Assembly (NCBI RefSeq): GCF_001194135.2
Contig: NC_068982.1
Span: 105,154,014-105,218,013, forward strand
Length of the DNA: 64,000 bases
Source: Octopus bimaculoides
Lineage: Eukaryota
Direction of reading: 5' to 3'
Shown: piece by piece, positions 49,389-60,799 of the stretch
Layout: every line of letters starts with the position of its first letter
Position numbering within the stretch: the stretch's first letter is position 1
Translations under genes and position numbers: made by a program
The notes under the pieces: model-generated
The model's input: the letters and a program-made list of their open reading frames with translations, nothing else
Databases searched by the model: none
Told to the model about the DNA's origin: nothing

Positions 49389-52300
49389 CTTTGTACAGTA
49401 AAATAAAATGTTTTCTCAGCATAAAAATTTAACAATATTTAGAAATTAATTTGTTTTCAGAAAGAAAGAAGCATGAATTTGAAGGAATAAAAAAAATGGA
49501 ATAAAATGAAAATTAAATGACTGCTTCTTAAGTAAACAGCTATCAATTATTTTAATTTTAAACATATTTTCTCCAGACATTATGTACAGCAAATTGAGAC
49601 AGGAGAAAAGCAGAAGACTTGATTTTTGGACTTGAAACTAAGATATATCACTGAATGGACAATTTAGTTACCACTAACACAACATAGCATCTGTCATTCC
49701 ATGTATGAAATGTTTCTGCTTTTTAACTGTAATAATTTGTCTGCAAAAGATAATTGCTCATCAGTCACTTAACACTAGCAGTAGAGACTATTCTGTGAAT
49801 GTCCAACATAGTGAGGTGTTGTTATACATATGTTTTTTATCATTTACTTGTTTTAGTCTTTGGACTGCAGCCATGCTGGGTCACCACCTTTAAGGGTTTA
49901 GAGGGAAAATTAAACCCAGTATTTTTTAAAGCCTGATACTTATTCTATCACTTTCTTTTACTGAACCACTAAGTTACAGGGACATAAGCAAACCAACACT
50001 GACTGTCATGTATGTATGTATGTATGTATGTACGTTCGTATGTATGTATGTATGTATGTATGTATGTATGTATGTATTTGTGTGTGTATGTGTGTGTGTG
50101 TGCATGCATGTGTGTGTGTATGCATGCATATGTATGTATGTATGTTTGATGTGCATCCACAAATCTCCCATCTGTCAGACCCACTCACAAGACATTAGTT
50201 GGCCCAGAACTATAGTAGAAGATAATTGCCCAAGGTGCCATGCAGTGAGACTGATCCTAAAGCCAAATGTTTGCAAAGTGAGCTTCTAAATCACACAACC
50301 ATATTAGCAGTAAATTCATGTTTTCTTCACACCTGCAGATGTTAGTGCCAACCTGGAGGTAAGTAATGAGACTATGAGACTCCAATAGCTAGAACTTAAT
50401 GCATTCCTCTCATTGAGAAAGCTAGAATTTACTCAGGAAATGGTTTGTGATCAAAATTGAATCTGCCTCCCAGTTTTTGATGTTACATCTAAAGTGGAGG
50501 AAGACTTATAGCTAAGTGAATCAGTGCTGTTGAGATAAATTCAGACACTATAGCTGAAATCTTTCTAGGATGAGCCAATGCAGGTCTCTACATGGGCACA
50601 AGACCTGCTAGAAGTAGCAGCCAGATAATTGTTTCTAATTTAGACATGAGGCCAGTACTTTTGAAAAGAGGTCAGTTGACACCATTGACCACAGTATTTG
50701 ACTAGTACTTTATTTTATTGACCTCAGATAGATAAAAGTTAACCTTGGTGGAATTTGAAACCAGAATATAAAGTGCTATACAAATACCACAAGGAACTTT
50801 TTCTGATGCTCTAATGACTCTGCCAACACAAAGCATTTAGTTTGGCACCATACTATTTCAGTACTTTTTGTAATAATAATTTGTAATATAGGGACAAAAC
50901 TACAAAATGTAGTGGGAGAGGGATTAGTGAAATTGATCCCAGTAGTTGAACGGTACTCTATTTTACTGATCTTAGATAAATACAGGCAAAGTTGAACTCA
51001 GTCGCACAGATGAAGCAAACGAAACATGGCTTTCGTTTGACATTTTTATGATTCAACTAATCCAAATAAATATTCCTTAAATAGGCATGAAATATGAAAT
51101 ATTTGGAGAAGGGAAATCAGAGAAGAAAAAAGTTATCATATTCTCCAAGAGTATTAGCCATATAAGCGTAATAAAATAGCACTTACAAGTAATGACATCA
51201 TGGTCATATCTTCCTGGGAGTTTAACACAACTCTATGGTGTTCATTTAAAATGTTAGCTTCTCATAAGTGTGAGTACATTTCAGTAACAATATTAGACCA
51301 GTGAAGGTGGAGCTCTCCTGCCCTGTAAAGCAATTCAGAAGGCCATTCCAATGCAAAAACCTACAACTTGATGGTCACCACAGCTGACTTAGTCCACTGA
51401 GTCACTGCACTAGACCTCCAAGTCTAAAGACTAGGATGAGATTGTGTGGGCTGATTCTCACTTCAAAACTATTCAGCACAAGCAGAAAGAAAAACTCAGA
51501 AGCATCATCATCTCATCTCATCTAGGTCGTCCCATAGGACACCCCCATAGGGGTTTCAGTTGCATATACTATAGGTGTCACAGGGCGCTGCTCCATGTGG
51601 TCCTGCAGTTTCCATCTAACAAGGAATATTAGGGTTTCATCCATTGTCTTGTATTCAAGATCCTCTGCATGACATTCTACTAGTTCAAAGCCAGGAATCT
51701 GATCTGTTAGGTTCTGCAGATAACTAAATCCACGCCCTGCTGCCGACGCTTCGATTTATTGTCGCTAAGGTTTTGTCTGTCTCCTACCCTTTGACCTGTC
51801 TGGCCTGGTAAAACCTGCTTGAAGATTTCTCTCCCTCCAGCATAGCTCTTCGGGAGCATACAGGCACTTCACTGCGACAAGGTACTTGTTGAATTGGCTG
51901 TTGACTACACAGTAATTCTTCTGCCCTTTAACAGGGATTTTTTTTTTCATCTCACAGGGTGTCCAACATTGACCCTCCTCACCAAGCAAGCTTGATGGGG
52001 TTGCCAGTTTAGTCGCCGACGACCCGACCATGCGACAGGTTGTAACCCAGAAGCATGCCACTTTTTACTGATTATATTTNNNNNNNNNNNNNNNNNNNNN
52101 NNNNNNNNNNNNNNNNNNNNNNNNNNNNNNNNNNNNNNNNNNNNNNNNNNNNNNNNNNNNNNNNNNNNNNNNNNNNNNNNNNNNNNNNNNNNNNNNNNNN
52201 NNNNNNNNNNNNNNNNNNNNNNNNNNNNNNNNNNNNNNNNNNNNNNNNNNNNNNNNNNNNNNNNNNNNNNNNNNNNNNNNNNNNNNNNNNNNNNNNNNNN

Positions 52301-53230
52301 NNNNNNNNNNNNNNNNNNNNNNNNNNNNNNNNNNNNNNNNNNNNNNNNNNNNNNNNNNNNNNNNNNNNNNNNNNNNNNNNNNNNNNNNNNNNNNNNNNNN
52401 NNNNNNNNNNNNNNNNNNNNNNNNNNNNNNNNNNNNNNNNNNNNNNNNNNNNNNNNNNNNNNNNNNNNNNNNNNNNNNNNAAAATATGAGTCCAGATGAA
52501 TTATAAACACCAATTGACAAAGTATGCTATCAGTTCTATTGAAATCTATGTTCAAAGGATTGCTCTCAAGTTTCTGACATATAGCATCAATAGAGAGCTG
52601 AAAAGGTTTTGAAAAAAAAAATATAAACAAAACTATTATACACTTTCAACATTAAAAAAACTTTCAAACTTTGAACACAGCTAAATTGGTTTTATGGTTA
52701 TCAAAAAAAAAAAAAAAGTGTTTATAACTGACATTACCAAAGGACAAATATAGAATTTATTAGTATTATAATTCAAAGAATAAATCTTTGAATTTGCAGA
52801 TGCCATAATCCTGTTATTGTGCTTAAAGAATTCTAGAAAATCGATGACAAGTCAAAATTTAAGTAAAAGATCTCAAGAATCTGGAAAAAAGAATATATGT
52901 GTTGACAGTTATTAAGTAATAAATAGTAGACAGAGGTAAATGATGATGATAATGGTAATGAGGTGAATAAAAGAAAAGAGCTTAGAGGTGGGTGATGAAT
53001 GAATATCTCTGAATTGCTTCTTAGTAATCTTGAAATTGGAGTGGTATCTATTATCACCTATTTTAGTTAGCTAGTATTTAGAATGAAGAATTTTATCTGT
53101 CAAGCAATAACTACATTGCTAAATGATCAGTTTGAAATCAGAACTTTTGAGAGAAAAGTAGCTCAATTCTTTATGCACCTCATTGATTGTCAGGTGAAAC
53201 TGAGAACAGTAAGAAAGAAAATGGTTTTAC

Positions 53231-53528
53231 CTGTGATGATTATATTCAAAGGAATGACCATTTACATTAAGCGTATGTATGTCCACTTCATTTCCCATTC
53301 CCATCAAATACCAAGTGACTTTGTCAGCAATACAAGCTTTCAAATTCAAGTTGCCATACATAAGGCCGTTTAGGGCATGCATTTTGTTGCTCTCCTGGAA
53401 ATCTTCATCTTCTTGATCAACCTTATCAGTTAAAAAATTCTGAATGTTTTCTTCAAGGTACCAGCTTAAATTCTCATCCATAACTTTCATCAACAAATGC
53501 TGGGTGTTTTCAGGATTGTATGTTTTAT
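53231..53528 (-). CDS. Multicopper ferroxidase exon E4 (domain 2)
   Basis: Acceptor ttactatgcag|AT, donor AG|GTAAAA; 298 nt, phase 1 to 2. DKTYNPENTQHLLMKVMDENLSWYLEENI...DEDFQESNKMHALNGLMYGNLNLKACIADKVTWYLMGMGNEVDIHTLNVNGHSFEYNHH. Confidence 0.93.
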
Positions 53529-54824
53529 CTGCATAGTAAGGTAAAAATAAAGCTGTGGTTAAGGTGTTACTGTTTTAAAGAGTAATTGAAGAGCATAATT
53601 GTTAAGAACTTAGGGAATTAGCATGTTTTTTTGTTTTTTTTTAAATCCAATGTGAGTTTGGTATAAATAATCAGAAGCTACTGGCTACTGCTGGCAAAGT
53701 TATTTGATGGAAGTTGTAAGTCAAAAGCAATTAAGAGAAGTAGATAATTGTAAGAAAAAGAGAGGTGGGGTGGGTGTAATCATAAGTATACTCCGTATGA
53801 ACAATGGCTATAGCAGATTTGGATAAATATAGAATTTATTAGTATTATAATTCAAAGACTAAATCTTTGAATTCGCAGATGCCATAATCCTGTTAATTTT
53901 CTTGAGGCATTGTTAACTACAGTCATGTATTATAATTTCAAAACAGATTTTGTTTGACAAGACCCAATGGGGCCAAGGACTGTATCATGCTTCATTGTTT
54001 ACTTTAGCAGACATGAGATTTCAATTGCCTCAAATAACAAGAATAGAGAAAAGGTGTATAGAGGTAATAAATAATAGACAGAGTGAAATGATGATGATAG
54101 TGATAAGGTGAATAAAGGAAAAGAGCTAGCTTAGAGGTGGGTGATGAATGGATACAGTAAATAGAATATAAGTCAAATGAGTGGATACAGTAAATAAGTC
54201 AAATGCACTGATTTACATTTTGAAAATATTGACTTTATACAGTGTACATTAGATAAGTTAGCATAGCAGAGATTATCCTTCTTCAAGAAATATTTATGGC
54301 AGAATTTTAATTCAGTATTGTAAGCTAAAGAAACACCAATTATATCAGTCATAGTTCTGCTACTCACAGTAGTGAACTATGTATATTCATGGTGCCTTGT
54401 AACTAGGTGGACTAGGCTATTTTTGAGTTATGTGCTTTGCCCATGGACATGGTGCAGCACTGATGGTAGGCTAAAAATTGTGGTATGTTTAAATCAGGCA
54501 TGGGCAAGAAGTAGGCAGCATGTGACAGCTCATCATTAGGTGGGTATGCCATTCAGAAAGTTCTGTGGGCTGCAGTTTGCATAATGGTGTTAGCTTAGTG
54601 GTAGAGTTAGTGTGTTTGTCAGTAGCCAGAGTAATGATGCTAAAATCCAGAGTTGAGTTGAAAGAAGAAAATAGTAACTTTCAGGAATATGTAGATGAAC
54701 ATAAGCAATAGTGGTTAAAGTAGAGATAAGATATAAAATATAGAAGAGGTTAGGAAATGTCTCAAGAGAATTGCTAATTTCTTCTTTGAGTCATAAAGAT
54801 TTCTTGATTTCTAGTACCATTAGG

Positions 54825-55460
54825 AGGTCAGGTCGAATGTGAGAGCATATGCCATTGAAGTGTGTTCCTGCACTCACCATTTGTCAGTATATTCCCAAGC
54901 CCTCCCAGGTGACCTGTTGAGAAGAGTTCCAATTAGTCTCCATCTCCATGAGATACTTCCTCATCTGCTGTGACTATGTGCATATGGTCGACCAACACAA
55001 GCCATCAATCCAACTAAGTCCTCAGTGAAAAGGATACAATATGCAGGGTTTAACTTGAAAAATGAAGCAACATAGCCACACAGTTTGAGTTAGCACTCCC
55101 AAATCATACAAGTAACAGGATGCATCCCAGTTTCTGTGTAGAGTCGTTAGTTGCATAAAAAATCTGACCAATGGCAACCCATAATCCTGTGAAGTGTCCT
55201 GACATCAAACGAGTTCATGTGGTTCCTAAGGGCCCTGGACAGTGTCCAAGTCTCACAACTATAGAGCAGGAAAGGGAGGATCAGAGACCACAACTGCAAT
55301 GATTATAGGGCCGTTACACTGCTCTCAGTGCCTGGTAAAGTCTTTGCCAAGGTCATCCTGAACAGATTGTCAAACCATCTGCTTGTGTCTCCGTGGCCAG
55401 AGCTGTCACAGTTCATGTCACAGAAGTCAAACTATTAACAGGATGCTGGCTTTTTGTGTA
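54825..55460 (-). mobile_element. RTE-1/Expander-like LINE fragment with 5' inversion
   Basis: Minus part LLYSCETWTLSRALRNHMNSFDVRTLHRIMG...GRP...ICSH with GACCTGACCT tail. Plus part 55271-55460 DYRAVTLLSVPGKVFAKVILNRL (early RT). Confidence 0.75.
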
Positions 55461-56468
55461 ACATAAAGGGATGAAAGATAATTTGCTGTTCTCTGATTAA
55501 TCACAGTTAGCTTTTCCTGTGATGAGTATTGAACTTGGCAATGCAAATGAAATATTTACCAGTTTTTAATATGCTTTTACTAGAAACAACAGTAAATTAT
55601 ACCACCTGTAGTATCTTCTAAGAAGACACCTGAGCCAAGTGTCTTCACCATAGATACAACACACCACAATGACAGGATACAAACTAAAATCTTCTTAGAT
55701 TTGTTGTCAACTGGACATCAACTCAGTTAATTATTTTCTTTAACCAAAAAGAATTATAAACAACTGTAAACAGGATACTTTGCACAACTGCCTTACTTGG
55801 GATAGTATTAAATGCTGTACACCCTATTGATGATATCAGTATTGGTAATAATGGAATCATTGGATGTACAACCATTAGTGGTGGTGATGATGGTGGAGGT
55901 GGTAGAGGTAGTGGTAGTGGAGTTAGTAGCAGTGTGGCCAGCAATGGGTGGAGCATGTAGGGAGTGGGAATTAATGGTGATAAAACCATTGCCTGGGTGG
56001 CTAGTGGAGGTGGTAAAGATGATGAATCTAGTGATAATGAAATCATTGATGGTGATAGAAACATGAGTGGGTGGAGCCATTTATTATAGAACTATTAATG
56101 GTAGTTTCTACTTGATAATACAACAAAGTATTATGATTGTTGTAGTTTTTGTTAATCCTAAAAGTGGACCTGACTGAACACATTTATAGTCAAAGGCATT
56201 CCAACCATGACTCTCTTAACTTCTTTTTTTTCTTGGTGTAGCATCTCATTGCTCAAGATATGGTATAGCAATGGTGATATGATATCATGTAGTGACATTC
56301 CTCTTTCTTTCACCAAGTTAATATCCTAATGACTCAGCCAATTAGAATCTCATTAAAAATAATTTTACCAATTAAACAAATGTTTGTTAATAAGTGATAA
56401 AAGATGCTGAGATCTTTAAAAATATGTTTTCCATTCTAATCAAACAAAACATACATCATGTTCTTTAC

Positions 56469-56681
56469 CTTTTTTACAGAGAATCAACATTCCCATCAGG
56501 CCAGCATTCATATCCATAACTGGTTCAATGTGAGAGTGATACATCCAAGGGAGACAATCAGCATCATCTTCAGTTGGGCCATCAAAGGGTTCAATTATCC
56601 AAGTATAATTGAAGGCAGTTTTAGGTTGAACCTTATCATCAGCTTTTTTAGCTGATTTTGTACCATCTCTGTATAATGCTC
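56469..56681 (-). CDS. Multicopper ferroxidase exon E3 (domain 1 C-half)
   Basis: Poly-T cag acceptor, donor G|GTAAAG; 213 nt, phase 1 to 1. GALYRDGT...YTWIIEPFDGPTEDDADCLPWMYHSHIEPVMDMNAGLMGMLILCKK; YHSH gives two T3 His ligands. Confidence 0.95.
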
Positions 56682-56924
56682 CTGAAAAAAAAAAAAAACT
56701 GATAAAAACATAAAAAAACAATAAAAGTTATTCAAAAAGATGCATGTAGCAACTGGCATGCAATCAACTCAAGTTTTAGTTGTTTATCCTCATTTATCAT
56801 TGGTTTATTGAACCAATGAAAGAGCAGTACTGCTCAGCCATCCATTGGTTACATTAAGGAACTCAACTCAGAACTCTCTCACTTTCTTCAACAGTTCTCA
56901 ACCAGAATAATTACCCAAAGGATC

Positions 56925-57293
56925 TGTAGTGGCGCGTGTGGCCGCCATTGGCCGCCATCTTGGGAAGTGCCATTGCGCATGTGCAAGGGACTTGCCGTCA
57001 GCGGAAGTACCCGAGCACGCATGCGCAATGCAACAGGTGGAGAGAGAGCAATAGCGTTCGATCTCTTTTCTCTCAAGCAGCTGTCGTGACAACACGTATC
57101 TCTCAACTCGACTCCGACATGTGGTCGAAGCTTCCTTGGTATTCTAGCGGCATGCCTGTTCACCCAGGAACGAAAAGGCTCTACACCAACCTAGAATAAA
57201 TTGTTGATCTGCTGTTACCGTTATCCCTCGTGTTGTTGTATTTCTGGATTTAATGATTAATATAAGAACTGGGGAGAGATGGCCGAGCCGTCA
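56925..57293 (+). mobile_element. Probable solo LTR (369 bp) with promoter-motif cluster
   Basis: TG...CA ends; flanking gatc/tatc (4-bp TSD with one mismatch); CpG-rich 5' part; AATAAA at 57195-57200. The LTR assignment is an inference. Confidence 0.5.
56941..57027 (+). promoter_or_regulatory. YY1 x2, CCAAT, NRF1 x2 and ETS/GABP motif cluster
   Basis: GCCGCCATT (56941), overlapping ATTGG, GCCGCCATCTTG (56951-62), TGCGCATGTGCA (56974-85), GCGGAAGT (57001-08), GCATGCGCA (57019-27). Confidence 0.6.
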
Positions 57294-57679
57294 TATCTCA
57301 TCCAATTCTTATAGATCTATTATTGTCTACTCTTGTTTAGCTAATCTAAGATGTGAAATATGAAAAAGACAATGGTTTGTTTTATTTTGATTCTGATAGA
57401 TTTCTTCACCAAATGTTATCTCAAACCTTGATTCTTATGAATGTTGTAAATGAAAATTGCTATTTTCCTTTATGTGAATTACTGTCTCATTCAAACTTGT
57501 GCTTTTATGAATTTTTGAAAATAAACAGAAACTGTTTAACTACATTAAATTATCAAACTGTAGAGGTCTACGCTTTGGTAGCAAGCAGGAATTAAAGAGC
57601 TTACATTATTTATTGTGTTATCTCTCACATGTATTTTCTCATTGTCATCCAGGTATCATCTGTTTTGAGCTGTCCTTAT

Positions 57680-59310
57680 ATCATCATCATCATCAGCTTC
57701 ATTTAATGTCCATGTTCTATGCTGGCATAGGTTGGATGGTTTGACAAGATCCAATGGGCCCAAGGACTGTATCATGCTTCTTTGTTTACTTTAGCATGGT
57801 TTCTATGGCTGGAAGCTCTTCCTAATGCCAAACACTTCACAGCATGTACTGGGTGCTTTTTGCATGTCACCAACACTAGTGAGGTTGCCATGCAGCTTAC
57901 AAAACAATAGTTTAAGAGATGATGCCACAGCAGAACAGGTTTCTTGATGTAGAGGAGCTACATGGCTACTCGTGTTTAAAGAAGAGAGGGTGGGAGTAAT
58001 TAGGTGGAGATGGAAAGGGATAAAAATAGGGGTGATGAGATATGAGGGTAGACCTTCAAGGTATGAGGTGGGTAAATTTGTGTGGAGTAGAGGGAACAGG
58101 AGCATGTGTCGGTTGGTGGGGGCTACAAGAGAGTGTGGGTGAGTGCAGGGGGGAGAGGAGGGGTGACCCCCACCCCACCCCATAATGAGCAAAGGGGAAG
58201 GGAGTTGTAAGAGATGATTGATAGTATGGAGCAGTGGAATAATAATAATGATACAGTAAACAGAAAAAGGACAATAAAGAGATGACATGATGTTGGGTAG
58301 GTTGCAGGTGAGGATGAGAGATGTACAGAGTGTATATACATATACATCCACGCTATGCTACCAGAACTTGATTTCATTGAGGTGAACAGGTCTTCTTCAG
58401 AAATGCGTATTGCCACTCATTCTGGTCTTTTGTCATCTCTTCTGTGAAGTTCAAGATTCTGAGATTAGCTTTTACCATTCTGTTCCATGTATTCTTGGGC
58501 TTTCCTTTTCCACAGGCTCCATCCATGTTAAGTGATCGGCTTTATACAGCTGTTCTCATCCATGTGAACTAAATGTCCATACCAGTGCAGTCTTCTTTCT
58601 TGCACTCTACATCTGATACCTCTTAAGCCTAGATTTTGTCTCAATACATTTATACTATGTCATTCATGTACATTTACATTACATGTTCAATGAAGTATGC
58701 TCACTTTATTTCTTTCCAATCTACTCAAGTCCTCTGCATTCAAGACCCATATCTCACTACCACACAGCATTGCAGTTCTAGTATAAACATCATCACAATT
58801 TGCCTTTCACTCTAAGTGAAAAGACTTTTGTTGCCAGCAGTAATAATAGCTCCCTGAACTTTCTCCAACCCTTTCTTACTCTGGCTACTATACTTTCAGA
58901 GTAACCACCTTTCTTGTTAATAACACCTACTAGGTAACAAAAATGATTAGCTAATTCTAGTGTACCATCTAGGCATTTCAAAGAAATTATTTCTGGTGTG
59001 CTCATAGTATGTTACAGTGCATCTATCATAAAGGAACCAATGTTCTTTGATAGTCTGCTTGTGATTTCACTACACGTCTTGTGTGTCCATAACTTACACT
59101 GAGTATAATATATGGGGTGTATCCATAGCTTACACTGGATACAGCATATGTACTCCTTTTTTGCATATCAAACAAAGCCCTCTCTCTCTGAAGTTACTAG
59201 GGTCCTGTCTTCTTTTCTACTAATTATAACTTTTGTCTTTACTAAGTCTACTTTGAGGCCTCTCAATTCTAAGTTTAGCTTCACTCTGCACCTTTATACT
59301 AATTTTTTCG
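57680..59310 (-). mobile_element. Old RTEX-like LINE 3' portion with complete about 700-nt 3' UTR
   Basis: LRGLKVDLVKTKV..CKLWTHKTC..FCYL..ARVRKGWRKFRELL..RLHWYGHL..GKGKPKNTW; stop near 58375. UTR has a CT-rich block, then AGGAAGAGCTTCCAGCC, then an (GAT)n tail. Confidence 0.85.
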
Positions 59311-59319
59311 TGCCCACTC

Positions 59320-60680
59320 ACATTGCACATCTAGCAGAGCATGCTCACTTCATTTCTTTCCAGCCTTCTCAAGTCCTCTGCATTTAAGGTCCATGTCTCA
59401 CTACCATGCAGCATTACAATTGTAACATAAGCATCATACTATCTACTCTTTGGGAAAAAATCTTTGTTGTTAGGAGTGGTAATAGCTTCCTGAGGTTTCT
59501 CCAACAAGTCGTCACTCTAGCCATTATACTTTCAGAGCAACCACCTCTCTTGCTAATTACATTTCCTGGGTAACAAAAGCTATCAACTACCAGAGAGCCA
59601 TCTGGGCATTTGAGAAAAGCTATTTTCAGTGTGCACATAGTATGAACTGCTCCAGTACTACATATGAAGCTTACATTTTTGGATAATCTATCATCATCAT
59701 CATCATCATCATCGTTTAACGTCCGCTTTCCATGCTAGCATGGGTTGGACGATTTGACTGAGGACTGGTGAAACCGGATGGCAACACCAGGCTCCAGTCT
59801 GATTTGGCAGAGTTTCTACAGCTGGATGCCCTTCCTAACGCCAACCACTCAGAGAGTGTAGTGGGTGCTTTTACGTGTCACCCGCACGAAAACGGCCACG
59901 CTCGAAATGGTGTCTTTTATGTGCCACCCGCACAAGCCAGTCCAGGGGCACTGGCAACGATCTCGCTCGAAAATCCTACAGGAGCCAGTCAGGCGGTACT
60001 GGCAACGGCCACGCTCAAAATGGTGCATCTCATGTGCCACCCGCACAAGAACCAGTCCAGGGGCACTGGCAACGATCTTACTTGGCTTGCCGGGTCTTCT
60101 CACGCACAGCCCATTTCCAAAGGTCTCGGTCCGTAGTCATCGCCTCGGTGAGGCCCAATGTACGAAGGTCTTGCCTCACCACCTCAGCCCAGGTCTTCCT
60201 GGGCCTACCTCTTCCTGCTAATGATTTTACTACATGTCTTGTGTGTCCATAGCTTACATTGGGTACAGCATGTGGAATTTATATGTACTCCTTTTATGTA
60301 TATCAAACAAGGTCTTTTACTCAAAGCTACTAAGATCCTGTCTTCTTTCCTACTTACTGAAACCTTTGTCTTTACTAAGTCTACCTTGAGGCCTCTCATT
60401 TCTAGCTTTAGCTTCCATGCCTGCAATTTCCTCTCTATAGATTCAATAATGAGAACTAGATCATCAGCATGTAAGAGTTCCCATGGACATCCAGTTTTAA
60501 ACTCCCCAGTGATGGCTGTAGGACTATCATGAACAGAAGAAGATTGAGGACTGAAACTTGTTGAACTCCAAGGATATCCAATCTTAAACTTCTCTGTGAT
60601 AGTTTATAGGACTCTGATAGGTGCTACTTTAGCTTGTGGTTTACCATAGTATCCATAGTCTACTACATAGTCTGTGAAAT
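59320..60680 (-). mobile_element. Second old RTEX-like LINE fragment, split by a younger insertion
   Basis: FKTGCPWELLHADDL..QAWKLKLEMRGLKVDLVKTKV..CTQCKLWTHKTCSKIIS | RLSKNVSFICSTG..FCYPG; the frame rejoins across 59691-60215. Confidence 0.82.
59691..60215 (-). mobile_element. Young, CpG-intact 5'-truncated RTE LINE 3' end
   Basis: GRGRPRKTWAEVVRQDLRTLGLTEAMTTDRDLWKWAVREKTRQAK*, then a UTR with an internal repeat of about 70 bp, AGGAAGGGCATCCAGCTGTAGAAAC and a (GAT)n tail. Confidence 0.9.
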
Positions 60681-60799
60681 AACCTGATCTGGGCTAGGAA
60701 TGGGGTTAAGGTTTAGGGTTAAGATTAGATTACACACTAAAGTGTAAATGCCCAACTAGACAACATGCTAAAGTGGTACTCTCTGATGAATGGGGGTGA

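Noticed and set aside
53820-54600. Duplicated pseudo-exon of E4 following the direct repeats
   Set aside because: No E4-like coding sequence is found at the expected offset (about 54310-54600).
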